Source: the human T2T-CHM13v2.0 reference genome, Homo sapiens
Assembly (NCBI RefSeq): GCF_009914755.1
Contig: NC_060936.1
Direction: 5' to 3' (one strand)
Length of the DNA stretch: 64,000 bases
A program made the position numbers and the translations under genes. The notes under the pieces are model-generated. The model was not told the origin of the DNA. It searched no databases and saw only the letters and a program-made list of their open reading frames with translations. Shown here piece by piece: positions 1 to 20,104 of the stretch; positions within the stretch are counted from its first letter, which is position 1, and the number at the start of each line of letters is the position of its first letter.

Positions 1-2238
1 TTAGCCAGTTAGTGAGCTCCCTTGCCAGTTAGTGAGCTCCCTTAGCCAGTTAGTTAGTGAGCTCCCTTAGCCAGTTAGTTAGTGAGCGCCCTTAGCCAGT
101 TAGTTAGTGAGCTCCCTGAGCCAGTTAGTTAGTGAGCTCCCTTAGCCAGTTAGTTAGTGAGCTCCCTTGCCAGTTAATTAGTGAGCTCCCTTAGCCAGTT
201 AGTTAGTGAGCTCCCTTAGCCAGTTAGTTAGTGAGCGCCCTTGCCAGTTAGTTAGTGAGCGCCCTTAGCCAGTTAGTTAGTGAGCGCCCTTGCCAGTTAC
301 TTAGTGAGCGCCCTTGCCAGTTAGTTAGTGAGCTCCCTGAGCCAGTTAGGTAGTGAGCTCCCTGAGCCAGTTAGGTAGTGAGCTCCCTGAGCCAGTTAGT
401 TAGTGAGCGCCCTTGCCAGTTAGTTAGTGAGCGCCCTTGCCAGTTAGTTAGTGAGCTCCCTTAGCCAGTTAGTTAGTGAGCTCCCTTAGCCAGTTAGTTA
501 GTGAGCGCCCTTGCCAGTTAGTTAGTGAGCTCCCTTAGCCAGTTAGTGAGCGCCCTTGCCAGTTAGTTAGTGAGCTCCCTTGCCAGTTAGTTAGTGAGCG
601 CCCTTGCCAGTTAGTGAGCTCCCTTAGCCAGTTAGTTAGTGAGCTCCCTTAGCCAGTTAGTGAGCGCCCTTGCCAGTTAGTTAAGTGAGCGCCCTTAGCC
701 AGTTAGTTAGTGAGCGCCCTTAGCCAGTTAGTTAGCGCCCTTGCCAGTTAGTTAGTGAGCGCCCTTGCCAGTTAGTTAGTGAGCTCCCTTAGCCAGTTAG
801 TGAGCTCCCTTAGCTAGTTAGAGAGCTCCCTTGCCAGTTAGTTAGTGAGCTCCCTTAGCCAGTTAGTTAGTGAGCTCCCTTAGCCAGTTAGTGAGCTCCC
901 TTGCCAGTTAGTTAGTGAGCTCCCTTGCCAGTTAGTTAGTGAGCTCCCTTAGTCAGTTAGTTAGTGAGCGCCCTTGCCAGTTAGTGAGCGCCCTTGCCAG
1001 TTAGTTAGTGAGCGCCCTTGCCAGTTAGTTAGTGAGCGCCCTTGCCAGTTAGTTAGTGAGCTCCCTTAGCCAGTTAGTTAGTGAGCTCCCTTGCCAGTTA
1101 GTTAGTGAGCACCCTTGCCAGTTAGTTAGTGAGCGCCCTTGCCAGTTAGTTAAGTGAGCGCCCTTAGCCAGTTAGATAGTGAGCGCCCTTAGCCAGTTAG
1201 ATAGTGAGCGCCCTTAGCCAGTTAGTTAGTGAGCGCCCTTGCCAGTTAGTTAGTGAGCACCCTTGCCAGTTAGTTAGTGAGCTCCCTTAGCCAGTTAGTT
1301 AGTGAGCTCCCTTGCCAGTTAGTTAGTGAGCTCCCTTAGCCAGTTAGTTAGTGAGCGCCCTTAGCCAGTTAGTTAAGTGAGCGCCCTTAGCCAGTTAGAT
1401 AGTGAGCGCCCTTAGCCAGTTAGTTAGTGAGCGCCCTTGCCAGTTAGTTAGTGAGCGCCCTTGCCAGTTAGTTAGTGAGCGCCCTTGCCAGTTAGTTAGT
1501 GAGCTCCCTTAGCCAGTTAGTGAGCTCCCTTAGCTAGTTAGAGAGCTCCCTTGCCAGTTAGTTAGTGAGCTCCCTTAGCCAGTTAGTTAGTGAGCTCCCT
1601 TAGCCAGTTAGTGAGCTCCTTTGCCAGTTAGTGAGCTCCCTTGCCAGTTAGTTAGTGAGCTCCCTTAGTCAGTTAGTTAGTGAGCGCCCTTGCCAGTTAG
1701 TTAGTGAGCGCCCTTGCCAGTTAGTTAGTGAGCGCCCTTAGCCAGTTAGTTAGCTCCCTTAGCCAGTTAGTGAGCTCCCTTAGCCAGTTAGTTAGTGAGC
1801 GCCCTTGCCAGTCAGTTAGTGAGCGCCCTTGCCAGTCAGTTAGTGAGCTCCCTTAGCCAGTTAGTTAGTGAGCTCCCTTAGCCAGTTAGTTAGTGAGCTC
1901 CCTTAGCCAGTTAGTTAGTGAGTGCCCTTGCCAGTTAGTTAGTGAGCTCCCTTAGCCAGTTAGTTAGAGAGCTCCCTTGCCAGTTAGTTAATGAGCTCCC
2001 TTAGCCAGTTAGTTAGTGAGCGCCCTTGACAGTTAGTTAGTGAGCGCCCTTGACAGTTAGTTAGTGAGCTCCCTTAGCCAGTTAGTGCCCTTGCCAGTTA
2101 GTGAGTGCCCTTGCCAGTTAGCCTAGTGAGTGCCCTTGCCAGTTAGTTAGCCTAGTGAGTTCCCTTGCCAGTTTGTTAGCCTAGTGAGTGCCCTTGCCAG
2201 TTAACCTAGTGAGTTCCCTTGCCAGTTAGCCTAGTGAG
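1..2238. repeat. Minisatellite/VNTR, ~21-26 bp unit GAG(C/T)(T/G)CCCTT(A)GCCAGTTAGTTAGT, in PXMP2 intron; continues past the left window edge
   Basis: Tandem units read directly; TAG/TGA-rich, so no ORFs in the track; units diverge (GCCTAGTGAG variants) after ~2090. Confidence 0.98.
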
Positions 2239-2750
2239 TTTAATGAAAAGCTCCACAACCAGGGACATGTCTGATGATTCATTATTGAGTGCTTCTCGAA
2301 GCCTGGCCCTGTTCTGGGCACTGCAGTGGACAGAAGACGTAGCCTCCCTTGTGGAGCCTGCCTTCTAGGGGGGACGAGAGGCACAGACTAACCTAACATA
2401 TGAGATAAGGACAGTGCTAGGCAGAAAATGAACCAGGGCCAAGAGTGTTAGCACAGGCGTGCACACGTGCTGGGACGACCTGGAAGCTGACAGTGTGAGG
2501 AGGAGCGAGCCAACATAGCTAGGCGGGGACGCGCTGGGAGCAGAGAGTCAACGGCAGGAGCAAGTCTGGTCTGTTAGAGCAACAGAGACAGAGCGCCCCT
2601 GAAGCCGACTTATCTGTACAGACCTGTGTGGCCAATACTGAGGGACATCAGGAAGCAGGGCTTAGGACCTGGGATTTGGGGGTGAAGCTAGACCAGAGAA
2701 GAGCACATCCAGAGAACCACAATCTGGCTCACACCCCCTGGGGGCCTCAG

Positions 2751-2913
2751 GTTCTTCTTCACAGGGCCGCTGAGTCACTTCTTCTACTTCTTCATGGAAC
2801 ATTGGATCCCTCCTGAGGTCCCCCTGGCAGGGCTCAGGAGGCTTCTCCTGGACCGCCTCGTCTTTGCACCGGCCTTCCTCATGTTGTTCTTCCTCATCAT
2901 GAACTTTCTGGAG
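2751..2913 (+). CDS. PXMP2: PXMP2 internal coding exon (exon 3): G|FFFTGPLSHFFYFFMEHWIPPEV...LIMNFLE
   Basis: Acceptor CCTCAG|G at 2750/2751, donor GAG|GTGGGT at 2913/2914; translation is the Mpv17/PMP22-family PXMP2 sequence. Confidence 0.96.
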
Positions 2914-2956
2914 GTGGGTGTCTGCCACAGCACTTACTGCAGCTCTTCGTTTAGCA

Positions 2957-4685
<1,729 letters not shown>

Positions 4686-5527
4686 TGATAACACAGAAGA
4701 GTTCCGGGCCTGGAGGTTAACCTACCGGCATAATCCCAGTCAGAATCCAACGCATGGGAGGCGTGTTCACCTGCACTCAGCAGGTGTGTCTGTTCTGACT
4801 GTCCCACCTCCCCCGTTCACGAGCACCTTCAAATCCTCACCATCTCTAGGAGCACCAGCCAGGTTGTGCTGTGTGTCTGAGACGTGTCACCTTTTTTTTT
4901 TTTTTTTTGAGACGGAGTCTCACACTGTTGCCCAGGCTGGAGTGTAGTGCGTGATCTCAGCTCACTGCAACCTTCGCCTCTTGGGTTCAAGCAATTCTCT
5001 GCCTCAGCCTCCCAAATAGCTGGGATTGCAGGTGCCCGCCACCATGCCCGGCTAATTGTTTTGTGTTTTTAGTAGAGACGGGGTTTCACCATCTTGGCCA
5101 GGTTGGTATTGAACTCCTGACCTCGTGATCCACCCGCCTCGGTCTCTCAAAGTGCTAGGATTACAGGTGTGAGCCACTGCACCTGGCGTCACCTTCTGTC
5201 CTGAAAGTAAATTTGTTTTAACCATTCACTTCTCCATACAGAAGTTATAAAGGTTCATGTATTCAAACATGACATTATTCTCCTTCATGCCTTTCCTTAC
5301 AGGAAGATAATAGAAATATTCTCCTCTGCTTTCCTCTGGTATCCTTATGGTTTTACTTGTGTACAGTAGGAGATAGACTTCTGTGTTGATTTTTCCACTT
5401 ACATAGCAAATTTTCTCATTACCATTTATTGGGCAATCCCCAGTATTTTGAAATATTCTCATTTCCATCTGTACAGGCAATTATCTGCACTCTTTGTTCT
5501 TTTGCTGGATTATTTTCTTTTTTTTGA

Positions 5528-5770
<243 letters not shown>

Positions 5771-5835
5771 TGAGCCACTGTACCCAGCTTCTCCCCCTTA
5801 CTTTAAACAAGAAAATATTTAAGCATTTCTTTAAA

Positions 5836-7700
<1,865 letters not shown>

Positions 7701-8127
7701 ATTTAGAATGAACTTACTGGAGTCCTTTTTTTTTTTTTTTTCATAACTCCTAACAAGTTTTGATTGGAAAGACATCGACTTTGGAGGTTATTTGGGAGGA
7801 ATTGACAGCGTAGCTCTGAGTAGCAGTTCTGGTGCCCAGGGCCAGCCTTGGGAGTCACCTCCTCCAGTTGTCCGCAAGGAGTTTTGGGCCAGGACAGACA
7901 TCACTGCCAGCATGAGCAGGCTGCTGTCTGGCATCTCACTGATCATTTTCCATCTTGCTGGTTGGCTCCTTAGAGCCGCAGTGCTGAGTACACATGTGTG
8001 CTGTCTGCGTACACACAGAACAAAATCCAATAGCAGTTTAAAAACCATCACGATAGGGTCTGGGTGCCCGGAATTCAGTTCTGATGGGCAGTGAGACTGT
8101 TCACCACCCGCCTTCCCTCCTTTGCAG

Positions 8128-8247
8128 GGGAAAGACGCCTCAGCCTTCGCCGCCAAGATGAGGGGGGGCTTCTGGCCGGCGCTGAGGATGAACTGGCGGG
8201 TGTGGACGCCACTACAGTTCATCAACATCAACTACGTCCCTCTGAAG
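8128..8247 (+). CDS. PXMP2: PXMP2 coding exon 4: GKDASAFAAKMRGGFWPALRMNWRVWTPLQFININYVPLK
   Basis: TTTGCAG| acceptor, AAG|GTGAGG donor, 120 nt phase 0/0; Mpv17/PMP22 motif W.P.Q.IN..VP. Confidence 0.97.
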
Positions 8248-8529
8248 GTGAGGGCCACGGGGCTCAGCCTCTGCCAACATTACTTTGTCAGCCTTTTCCT
8301 TCCTTCCTTCCTTCCTCTTTCCTCCCCCCCTCCCTCCCCTCTTCTTTTCTCTTCTCTTCTTTCTTTTGTAGTTTTCCGCTAGACTTAGTTTCATCCGTGT
8401 CTAGACTCCTCAACTACCCTTGGATTTTGCCCATGACCCTGAATCATTGCTAGTTCGGGATTCAGGAAGCAACAGAGAAGGGTGTCCCGAGTGGTCGTCT
8501 TTGCCTCTTCTGTTCGTTCAGCAAATTCT

Positions 8530-8676
8530 CATTAAAAGCCCCCATGCCAGGGATGCCTATGAGTTTTCTAGCCTTTGAAACATTCCCAGTCCCAGGAATG
8601 TACATGCAGGCAACTTGAATCTATGCTCCTGGGTTGCAGTCCTCAAACTTGGCCCAAATAAACTCTAGTTATACTT
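8530..8676 (+). mobile_element. ERV1-type LTR 3' fragment (MER34/MER39-like) carrying AATAAA at 8657-8662
   Basis: CTCCTGGGTTGCAGTCCTCAAACTTGGCCCAAATAAACTCT resembles the R-region poly(A) signal context of these LTRs; subfamily from memory. Confidence 0.55.
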
Positions 8677-11496
8677 AGAAAAAGAAGGCCGTCACAGTAG
8701 CTCACACCTGTAATCCCATCACTATGGAAGGCTGAGGTGGGCAAATCACTTGAAGCCAGGAGTTCGAGACCAGCCTGGCCAACATAGCGAAACCCCATCT
8801 CTACTAAAAATACAAAAATTAGCCAGGCATGGTGGCAGGTGCCTGTAGTCCCAGCTACTCAGGTGGCTGAGGCACAAGAATCACTTGAATCCGGGAGACG
8901 GAGGTTGGAGTGAGCTGAGATTGTGTCACTGCACTCTAGCCTGGGCAACAGAGTAAGACCCTGTCTCAAAAAATAAATAAAATGTTAAAAAGAAACAAAG
9001 CATTCGTGGTCCCTGGGCTCATGAATTACAGCTGAGCCTGAAGGCAGGCACTGTGCGGCCATGGGTCCTGCCGCTGGCCTGGAAGAGCTGCCTCACCTGC
9101 AGCCATGGCAGCCACACCTGGGCAAGGGGTGGGCCCATCCAGGTGCAGAGTGAAGGCCTTCTGGGTAAGCTGAGCCTTTCCGCTATCCTGTGCATGAAGG
9201 AGCTGCTGTGGGGGCTGAGTCAAAGGTGTCAGATTGGGGCTGGGCTGGTGGTGTGGAGGCTGGAGCTCCAGGCTCTGCCACTGGGATCAACTGTCTTTAT
9301 GCACAGCCAGGGTCCCCAGGACCACTCCCACACTGGGAGGATGGGGTGCAGCACCCCCTGCAGCATGGCAGGATACCCCCAGATGCTACAGGAGGAGGCC
9401 TGGCAGAGCCTGCAGGGGCCACGTGCTTCCCTCCCCCAGAAGGTATGCCGCCCATCAGGGTTTTTTACTGGTACTCTGGGCGGGCATCTCTGCCTGCTGC
9501 CCCAAAGCTCCAGACCCCTAGAAAGACAGCAGCTGTGTGGAGCCTGCATTGTTGGTGCAAACAGTCCAGGCACAGGGCAGGTGGCCCTTCTGGGAAAGGT
9601 GGGTGCCGTCCCAGCCCAGGCTGCTGCTAGGGAGGACCTGAACAGGCCTGCAGTGGCTGGACCTCAGCTGCAGAGGGCCTTCCTGCATTAGCACCGGCTC
9701 TGAGCCCTGCCCAGGAGGGAGGAAAGGACCAGGGTGACCCCCGAGGGAGAGGAGGGAGGCGGCCCAGTGTGTGCACACTGCACACACCACAAACACACCA
9801 AGAAGCAGCAGGAAACCAGGGGTGCACACAGACAGGACAAAGAGGCAGTTCACCCTTAGCCAAAGTTGCCAGGAGTTAAAGCAAAATAAAAAAATTTCCT
9901 TTGGCTTTAACAGTGGCCCTTCCCAGAGCAATTTCAGCTCTATGGGGCTGAAGCCAGATTGCCTTGAAGAGTGGGTGGGAATTATTTTAAAAATCACAAG
10001 TCTAGAACATGCTCTCAAAGTCTGTGGGGGCCAGGCATGGTGGCTCATGCCTGTAATCCCAGAACTTTGAGAGGCTGAGGCAGAAGGATCACTCAAAGCC
10101 AGGAGTTTGAGACCAGTCTGGGCAACATAGTGAGACCCCATCTCTATTTTATAAAAATGAATTTTAAAAAGTTTGAGAGAAGGTGAGAAGTGATGGAAGA
10201 AGGCTGGGTGGCAGAGGGGGTTCTGACACTCAGAGATGCGGCCATGGTGGGTGCAGACGTGAAGCTGCTTGTGGGATGGGCAAACACGCATGTCCAGAAA
10301 GAGCAGCTCTGCGGGGTCCCCTAAGGAGTCAGGGTGGATGTGAGCCCCCAGCACACTCACAGTGGTGCTTGGACAGAGGCCCTGCCCTCTGTGATGAGAG
10401 AGGAGAGAGAAAGTGACAGCTGAGCGGACAGGAGAGTGGGACATCCTGCCTCAAGCCCCCACGTGCCTCTCTGGAGGGCCAGGGGCTGGGACTGAGGGCA
10501 GAGGAAGTCAGGCGGGCATTTTAAGGGGATACAGAAGGGGCAAGTTTGGCCATGTGGAGGATGGGAGAGCATGCTGACTGCAGAGACAAAGACCTCTGGG
10601 CAGAGGGGGCTGGGGCTTGTCCAGCTGTGGTCAGCATCTGGGGGAGTGAGAAGGCAGGAAGGATAAAGGATTTTCCAGGGAGTGTGACTGAAGAACAGTA
10701 GGCTAAGGAAGCTACAGCCATGGGCCACTGGTTCTCGGGAATTTAGAGAAGGAAGCAGAGACAACTGAGAAGACAGACTGGCCGGGAACACGGAGGATCT
10801 GGGATGGAAGAGGGGAGAGCTGGGAAGCCGCGCCTCTGAGTAGCGTGGGGGCAGAGTCGCCATCCTAGGTGGGTGCAGGTGTATGCGGAAGCAGCATTCA
10901 TTCAGCAAGCGTTTCCTGAGCAGTGACTGTGCGCCATGCTGCTAGACTCGGAGACGCGGCGATTAACCAGACACATGGGCTGCTACTTTCATAGCACCAC
11001 GTGCCAGGGAGAGACTCAGCACTGGGCCAGAGGATTCTGGGGAAGGGTGAAGCTGCTGAGTCACCAAAGCAGGGCAGTGGGATGGTGATGGGTTAGAGGA
11101 GGGAAGGTCTGGGGCCCCTCCGCTGTTCGTCAGCTGTGTCCCCTGAGGAGGGTGCAGCCACCTGCATGATGGCTGGTCCTGGAGTGAGAGAGGCTGAACC
11201 AGGAGCTAAGGTGTGCGGTGAAGGGGGCAAAAGGAGAGTGACTTGGCTTTGGGATTCCTGGGCCGCTGTAGCCTGTGAACACTGTAACTAGGGGACCGTT
11301 TTTCTTCTCCACTCCTCTCTGCTAGGGGCCTAGCACAGCGTTTGGTACGAACAAAGGCTCAGTAAATGCAGTAATGGATGGGTGGTTGGACCAGCTGACC
11401 AACAAACGGGTAAACAAATGAACTGGGTGACTGAGGCTGGATAACTGGCCACGGCCTCCCGCTGACCGTGGCCTGTTGGACTGTTCTTTTCGGCAG

Positions 11497-11565
11497 TTCC
11501 GGGTGCTCTTCGCCAACCTGGCAGCTCTGTTCTGGTATGCCTACCTGGCCTCCTTGGGGAAGTGA
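11497..11565 (+). CDS. PXMP2: PXMP2 last coding exon: FRVLFANLAALFWYAYLASLGK*
   Basis: TTCTTTTCGGCAG| acceptor, in frame with exon 4, TGA at 11563-11565. Confidence 0.97.
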   Translation, partial: FRVLFANLAALFWYAYLASLGK

Positions 11566-11837
11566 CGACCGCTGGGAGAACATCAGGTGCACTGTGGACG
11601 TGGGTCTGGGGGTCTCACCCGCCCAGCGAGAGCAGAACCAATCCAGTCAGGATGTCACTGACTCTAAATCAGGTGATTCAAGATGCCCAAAAATGATGGA
11701 TAGAGAAACAGAAATCTCTGAATGTCAGAACCCTGTCTTTTAAAAAGGCAGTCACTGCCTTCAGGTGGTGCTGCCCCAGAAACTTAAAATTTAGTCGAGG
11801 CAGTTTCAATTGTTACTGTGGACCGAATTAGGATCAC

Positions 11838-11843
11838 AATAAA
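11838..11843 (+). terminator. PXMP2: PXMP2 polyadenylation signal AATAAA
   Basis: First canonical AATAAA ~270 nt after the stop, with T/GT-rich sequence downstream. Confidence 0.8.
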
Positions 11844-12113
11844 CGATAATGCAGGTTCTTCAATGGTGACTTTAATCTCTCAGAACAATTGCTGTTGCTT
11901 TGAAAGACATGCATAGCCAGATGTTTTTTAAATTTTCGTGTGTGTGGTACGATACATAAAACACAAAATTTACCATGCATCTGGTCGTGGTGGCTCATGC
12001 CTGTCATCCCAGTACTTTGGGAGGCCGAGGCAGGAAGATTGCTTGAGGCCAGGAATTTGAGACCAGCCTGGGCAACACAGCGAGACCTCATTTCTACAAG
12101 AAAAAAAAAGAAA

Positions 12114-12115
<2 letters not shown>

Positions 12116-12158
<43 letters not shown>

Positions 12159-12199
12159 GTATATATGTGTCTATATATACACACACACACACACATACA
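12116..12199. repeat. Compound (CA)n/(TA)n microsatellite grown from an Alu A-rich tract
   Basis: ACATATATACACACAC... directly follows an Alu left arm. Confidence 0.9.
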
Positions 12200-12729
12200 C
12201 TCCTGGGATATCTTCCTGCCACAGTCTCCCAAGTAGCTAGGATTATAAGTTCCCACCCAGCCATACCTGGCTAATTGTTTTCTTTTTTTTGTAGAGATGG
12301 GGTCTTCCTGTGTTGCCCAGGCTGGTCTTTGAACTCCTGGGATTACAGGTGGGAGCAACTGCACTGGGCTCTTTTTTTTTTGAGACAGAGTCTTGCCCCG
12401 TTGCCCAGGCTGGAGTGCAATGGCGTGATCTCAGCTCACTGCAACCTCTGCCTCCTGGGTTCAAGAGATTTCTCCTGCCTCAGCCTCCCGAGTAGCTGGG
12501 ATTACAGGTGTGCACCACCATGCCCGGCTAATTTTTTGTATCTTTAGTAGAGAAAGGGTTTCGCCATGTTGGCCAGGCTGGTCTCGAACTCCTGACCTCA
12601 TGATTTGCCTGCCTTGGCCTCCCGAGGTGCTGGGATTACAGGCTTGAGCCAACATTCCCGGCCCTCTTTCCTTTTAATAAAGGCTGACTTTTGATTGTCC
12701 TTAAGATTCTTTAAAGAAAATAAAAATAG

Positions 12730-13822
<1,093 letters not shown>

Positions 13823-14585
13823 TTAAAAGGCTGAACATTGCCGTGTGCGTGGACTGCATTTTGCCTGTCCGTCTGTCCGTCAGTGGCTAGACTGTTTCCA
13901 GCTCCTGGATGCCGTGAAGGATGTGGCGGTGAAGACAGCGGCACTAATGCCTGCTCAAGTCCTGCTTGCCTTGGGTTTTCAAAGAACTGCTCTTTCAGTT
14001 CAGAATATTTAAGGTGGGGTCGTTCCCAAAGGAAGTTTAGGGCATTTGCAAAAGTAACAGATGCTCCTGCAATTGATGCAGAAGGTGACAATTCTGACTA
14101 TCCCTCTAACTTGCCACTTCCCAGTGAGTCCCACCCCCTGCCATGATGGAGGATTAAGAACCTGGATCTCAGAACAGATTCTAGATTAGAATCCAGAGAT
14201 GACAGTACTGACACCGCTTAGGGCTGCTTTGTGCCGGAACTCTTCTGAGAGCTGCAGCAGCCCTGAGGGAGGTGCCATTGTTTTCTCTACTCCACATGTG
14301 GGGGATGCAAGATGCCTCAGCTAGCAAGAGACAGTCCTGATTCAGAGGCAGTCAGCCAGGTCTTGAGCCACCATCTTCACCACCTCATCATAGGGCATCA
14401 GAGTGTCACGGCAAGGTCAAGAGAATTTGCTGGAGAAGATTTCACATCATGTATATGGCTTACCACAGCCCGCATCCGGTCAGTTCGCTGAACACACCTT
14501 TACGGAGTGCTGTCAGGCACACAGGGGAGAGCAGAGACCAGGAGTTTTTAGTTTCACACACTTAACAGTCATCAGAAAACAGGCT

Positions 14586-16843
<2,258 letters not shown>

Positions 16844-16907
16844 AAGTGATTTTTAAATAGCTTAAATCAGATCATGTCATTTCCCAATTTTAAAATGGGC
16901 AGAGATG

Positions 16908-17190
16908 GTCCAGCAATCCCACTTCTGGGTACAGACGCAAAACAATCAATGAAAGAGAGATCTGCACGCAGCACTGTTCACGCTAGCGAGGAGATGGCAA
17001 CAGGGCAAGCGTCCAGCAATGGGTAAGCGGTGGGGTCGGTGCACGCAGGCGTCCAGCAATGGGTAAGCGGTGGGGTCGGTCCACCCAGGGAGCGCTGGTC
17101 CCCCTGGAAGGAAACCCAGGCTCTAACGCGGTCCCTCTGAGGACCCTGCTAGGCGAAACGCGCCGGCCATAGAAAGACTGTCCCGCAGGA
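16908..17190 (+). mobile_element. GC-drifted L1M 3' remnant with an internal 40-bp tandem duplication (17009-17080)
   Basis: Colinear with L1M motifs CCAGCAATCCCACTTCTGGGTA...GCAGCACTGTTCAC..TAGC...GAGGAC...GCTAGGCGAAA..GCC; duplicated GCGTCCAGCAATGGGTAAGCGGTGGGGTCGGT. Confidence 0.6.
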
Positions 17191-18290
17191 GAGGGCGGTG
17201 TTCGGCCCGGGGTTTGAGGGGTCGGGACCAGGAGGAGGGACAGCCCGGCCGAACCTGAACGCACTTCAGGCCGCTTGAACAGCACACGCAGGAACTGCGC
17301 CGACGGAAAACTTTACTTCGTGTTCCGCCACCAAAAAAATATCGTTTAAACAAACCTGCGGCAGCTTCCCAGCTCCCTTAAACCAGGATCCCAAGTTCTC
17401 CGCGTCTCCGCCCCTGCACCCAGCCTCCGGCCTCGGCAGGCGCTTCCGGTGCGGAACCTTCTGGAAAGTACCGCGCCGCCCTCCCGGCGTCCCCACAACC
17501 CCGCCCGCACCTGCGCGCACCGGCGCTCGCGAGCACAAGTGACGGGACTGGAGCGTGGCGCGGCAGGTGGCTCCACGAAAACGCCCCTTCGCGCAAGGCT
17601 GCCCCGCGTCCTGCCGCGCCCCAGGAGGCGGGACTTCCGCCCCCGCCGCCCGGAAGCGGCAGCCGGGGGAAGCGTGTTCCTCGCGGAGCGCCGTCGGGGC
17701 CGTGGGCGCCTGCGCGGGCCGGCGCGGGAGCAAGTGGCATGGCGTTCCGGCAGGCGCTGCAGCTGGCGGCCTGCGGGCTGGCCGGGGGCTCGGCCGCCGT
17801 GCTCTTCTCGGCCGTGGCGGTAGGGAAGCCGCGCGCAGGCGGGGACGCGGAGCCACGCCCGGCTGAGCCGCCGGCCTGGGCGGGGGGCGCGCGGCCGGGC
17901 CCCGGTGTCTGGGACCCCAACTGGGACAGGTGCGCGCGGGGCTGTTTGGGGCCGGGGTCGGGATGGGGGTCAGGGCAGGTGTTACCGTTGGGATCGGGAT
18001 CGGGACCAGGTTTAAGGTTGCGATCGGGTCGGGATCTGGGGTCGCCGTCTGCTTTCCCCAGCGGAGGAGCCGCTTTCCGGGGCCGCTCTGCGCGGAGGGT
18101 TCCGGGGGCGGCTGACCCTTCCCGCCGGCTTCTGTGGCCGAGCTCCGTCGCGTCCTCGCCCTTCTCCCCGCCCCTGCGAGTCCGCCCTGGGTGCCATCGC
18201 CGGAGCGCGGGCCGGGGCGAGGCTGAGGTGGAAGCCGGGCCTCCTTCAGGGGCGTTTGCAGGAGCGCGCCCGCGAGCTGCGTGCGGTTAT
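17150..18290 (+). promoter_or_regulatory. PGAM5: CpG island / TATA-less PGAM5 promoter with ETS(GABPA)-like sites (17443-17450, 17633-17640, 17650-17657), NRF1-like sites (17512-17519, 17706-17715), GC boxes and a GCTCGCGAGC palindrome (17525-17534)
   Basis: Very high GC and CpG density around the ATG at 17739; motifs read directly; binding is inferred. Confidence 0.88.
17739..17929 (+). CDS. PGAM5: PGAM5 exon 1 coding part: mitochondrial targeting/TM segment MAFRQALQLAACGLAGGSAAVLFSAVAV and WDPNWD motif
   Basis: ATG at 17739, donor ACAG|GTGCGC; 191 nt, phase 2. Confidence 0.98.
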
Positions 18291-18827
18291 TGAGCGTTTG
18301 AAATATGGCTCGTGTGATTCCTGAAGGGAATGCTTAGTTTACGTCAATTTAAACTTAACGCAAGCAGGGCCGGGTGCGGTAGCTCAGGCCTGTAATCCCA
18401 GCGTTTGGGAGGCTGAGGCCGGAGGATCGCTTGAGAAATTTGAAACCAGCCTGGGCAACATAGTGAGACCCCTATCTCTACAAAAAATACAAAAAAAATT
18501 GGCCGAGCGAGGTGGCGCGCGCCTGTGGTCCCAGCTACTCGGGAGGCTGAGGTAGGAGGATCCCTTGAGTCCAGGGGTCCCAGGCTGCACAGTGTGAGCC
18601 GAGATCCCGCCACTTCACTCCAGCCTGAGCAACAGAGCCTGTCTCAAAGGAAAAAAAAAAAAAGTAGTGCAGGTTTTTAACATTAGTTATGTGTTGAAAT
18701 AGTATTTTTAGCATATTGAATTAAAAGTATGATCGAAATTCACCTGTTTCTTTTTAATGTTGCTATTAGAAAATGTATAATTTCACATGTTGCTGGCATT
18801 CTGTTTCTGTCGGCCAGGACTGCTCTA
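18270..18827. mobile_element. MER33-like hAT-Charlie element interrupted by an Alu (18368-18663)
   Basis: TTGAGCGTTTGAAATATGGCT... and ...AAAATGTATAATTTCACATGTTGCTGGCATTCTGTTTCTGTCGGCCAGGACTG resemble MER33 (from memory). Confidence 0.6.
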
Positions 18828-19260
18828 GCGGCAAGGATGGTTTTCCCAGTCCTAACTCCTCATTATACTCAGTACTTTGAGAAAGGGGGCACAGAATTAT
18901 ACTACTGTGGTTGCGTTAGGTACTTTATATTAGATTTTTATCTTTTGTTAACCTTATTTCCTCTATTATTAGCATCATACACTAAGCATGGTGTATATAT
19001 CAAAATTAATGAGCCAAAATAATATAGATTAATTATAGTTATTATATTAGTTTATAATACATTACTGTTAACTAAGGTTCATGTTTCATTGAGATTTCCT
19101 CAGCTTTTACCTGCTGTTCTGTTCTAGGGTCCCACATGACAAGTAGTCTTCATGCCTCCGTAGGCATGTTTTGGCTGTGACAATTTCTCAGACTTGTTTT
19201 GATGATCATGAGTGTTTGAGGCGTCCTGGTCAGGGGTTTGGTAGAAGGTCCCTCAATTGA

Positions 19261-19696
<436 letters not shown>

Positions 19697-19712
19697 TAAG
19701 GAAACAGATTTA

Positions 19713-20104
<392 letters not shown>

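Noticed and set aside
1-2238. CRISPR-like or telomere-like array
   Set aside because: Units are contiguous with no unique spacers, contain no TTAGGG hexamers, and the context is a human intron
9053-10444. 212-aa and 308-aa ORFs in PXMP2 intron 4
   Set aside because: GC-rich intronic sequence partly running through an Alu; no recognisable domain or exon structure
10895-11390. Oppositely oriented L2 3' ends as a possible miRNA-type hairpin
   Set aside because: Ends are ~370 nt apart and too diverged to show an extended stem by eye
17266-17920. Overlapping Arg/Pro/Ala-rich ORFs around the PGAM5 start
   Set aside because: Expected stop-codon scarcity in a CpG island
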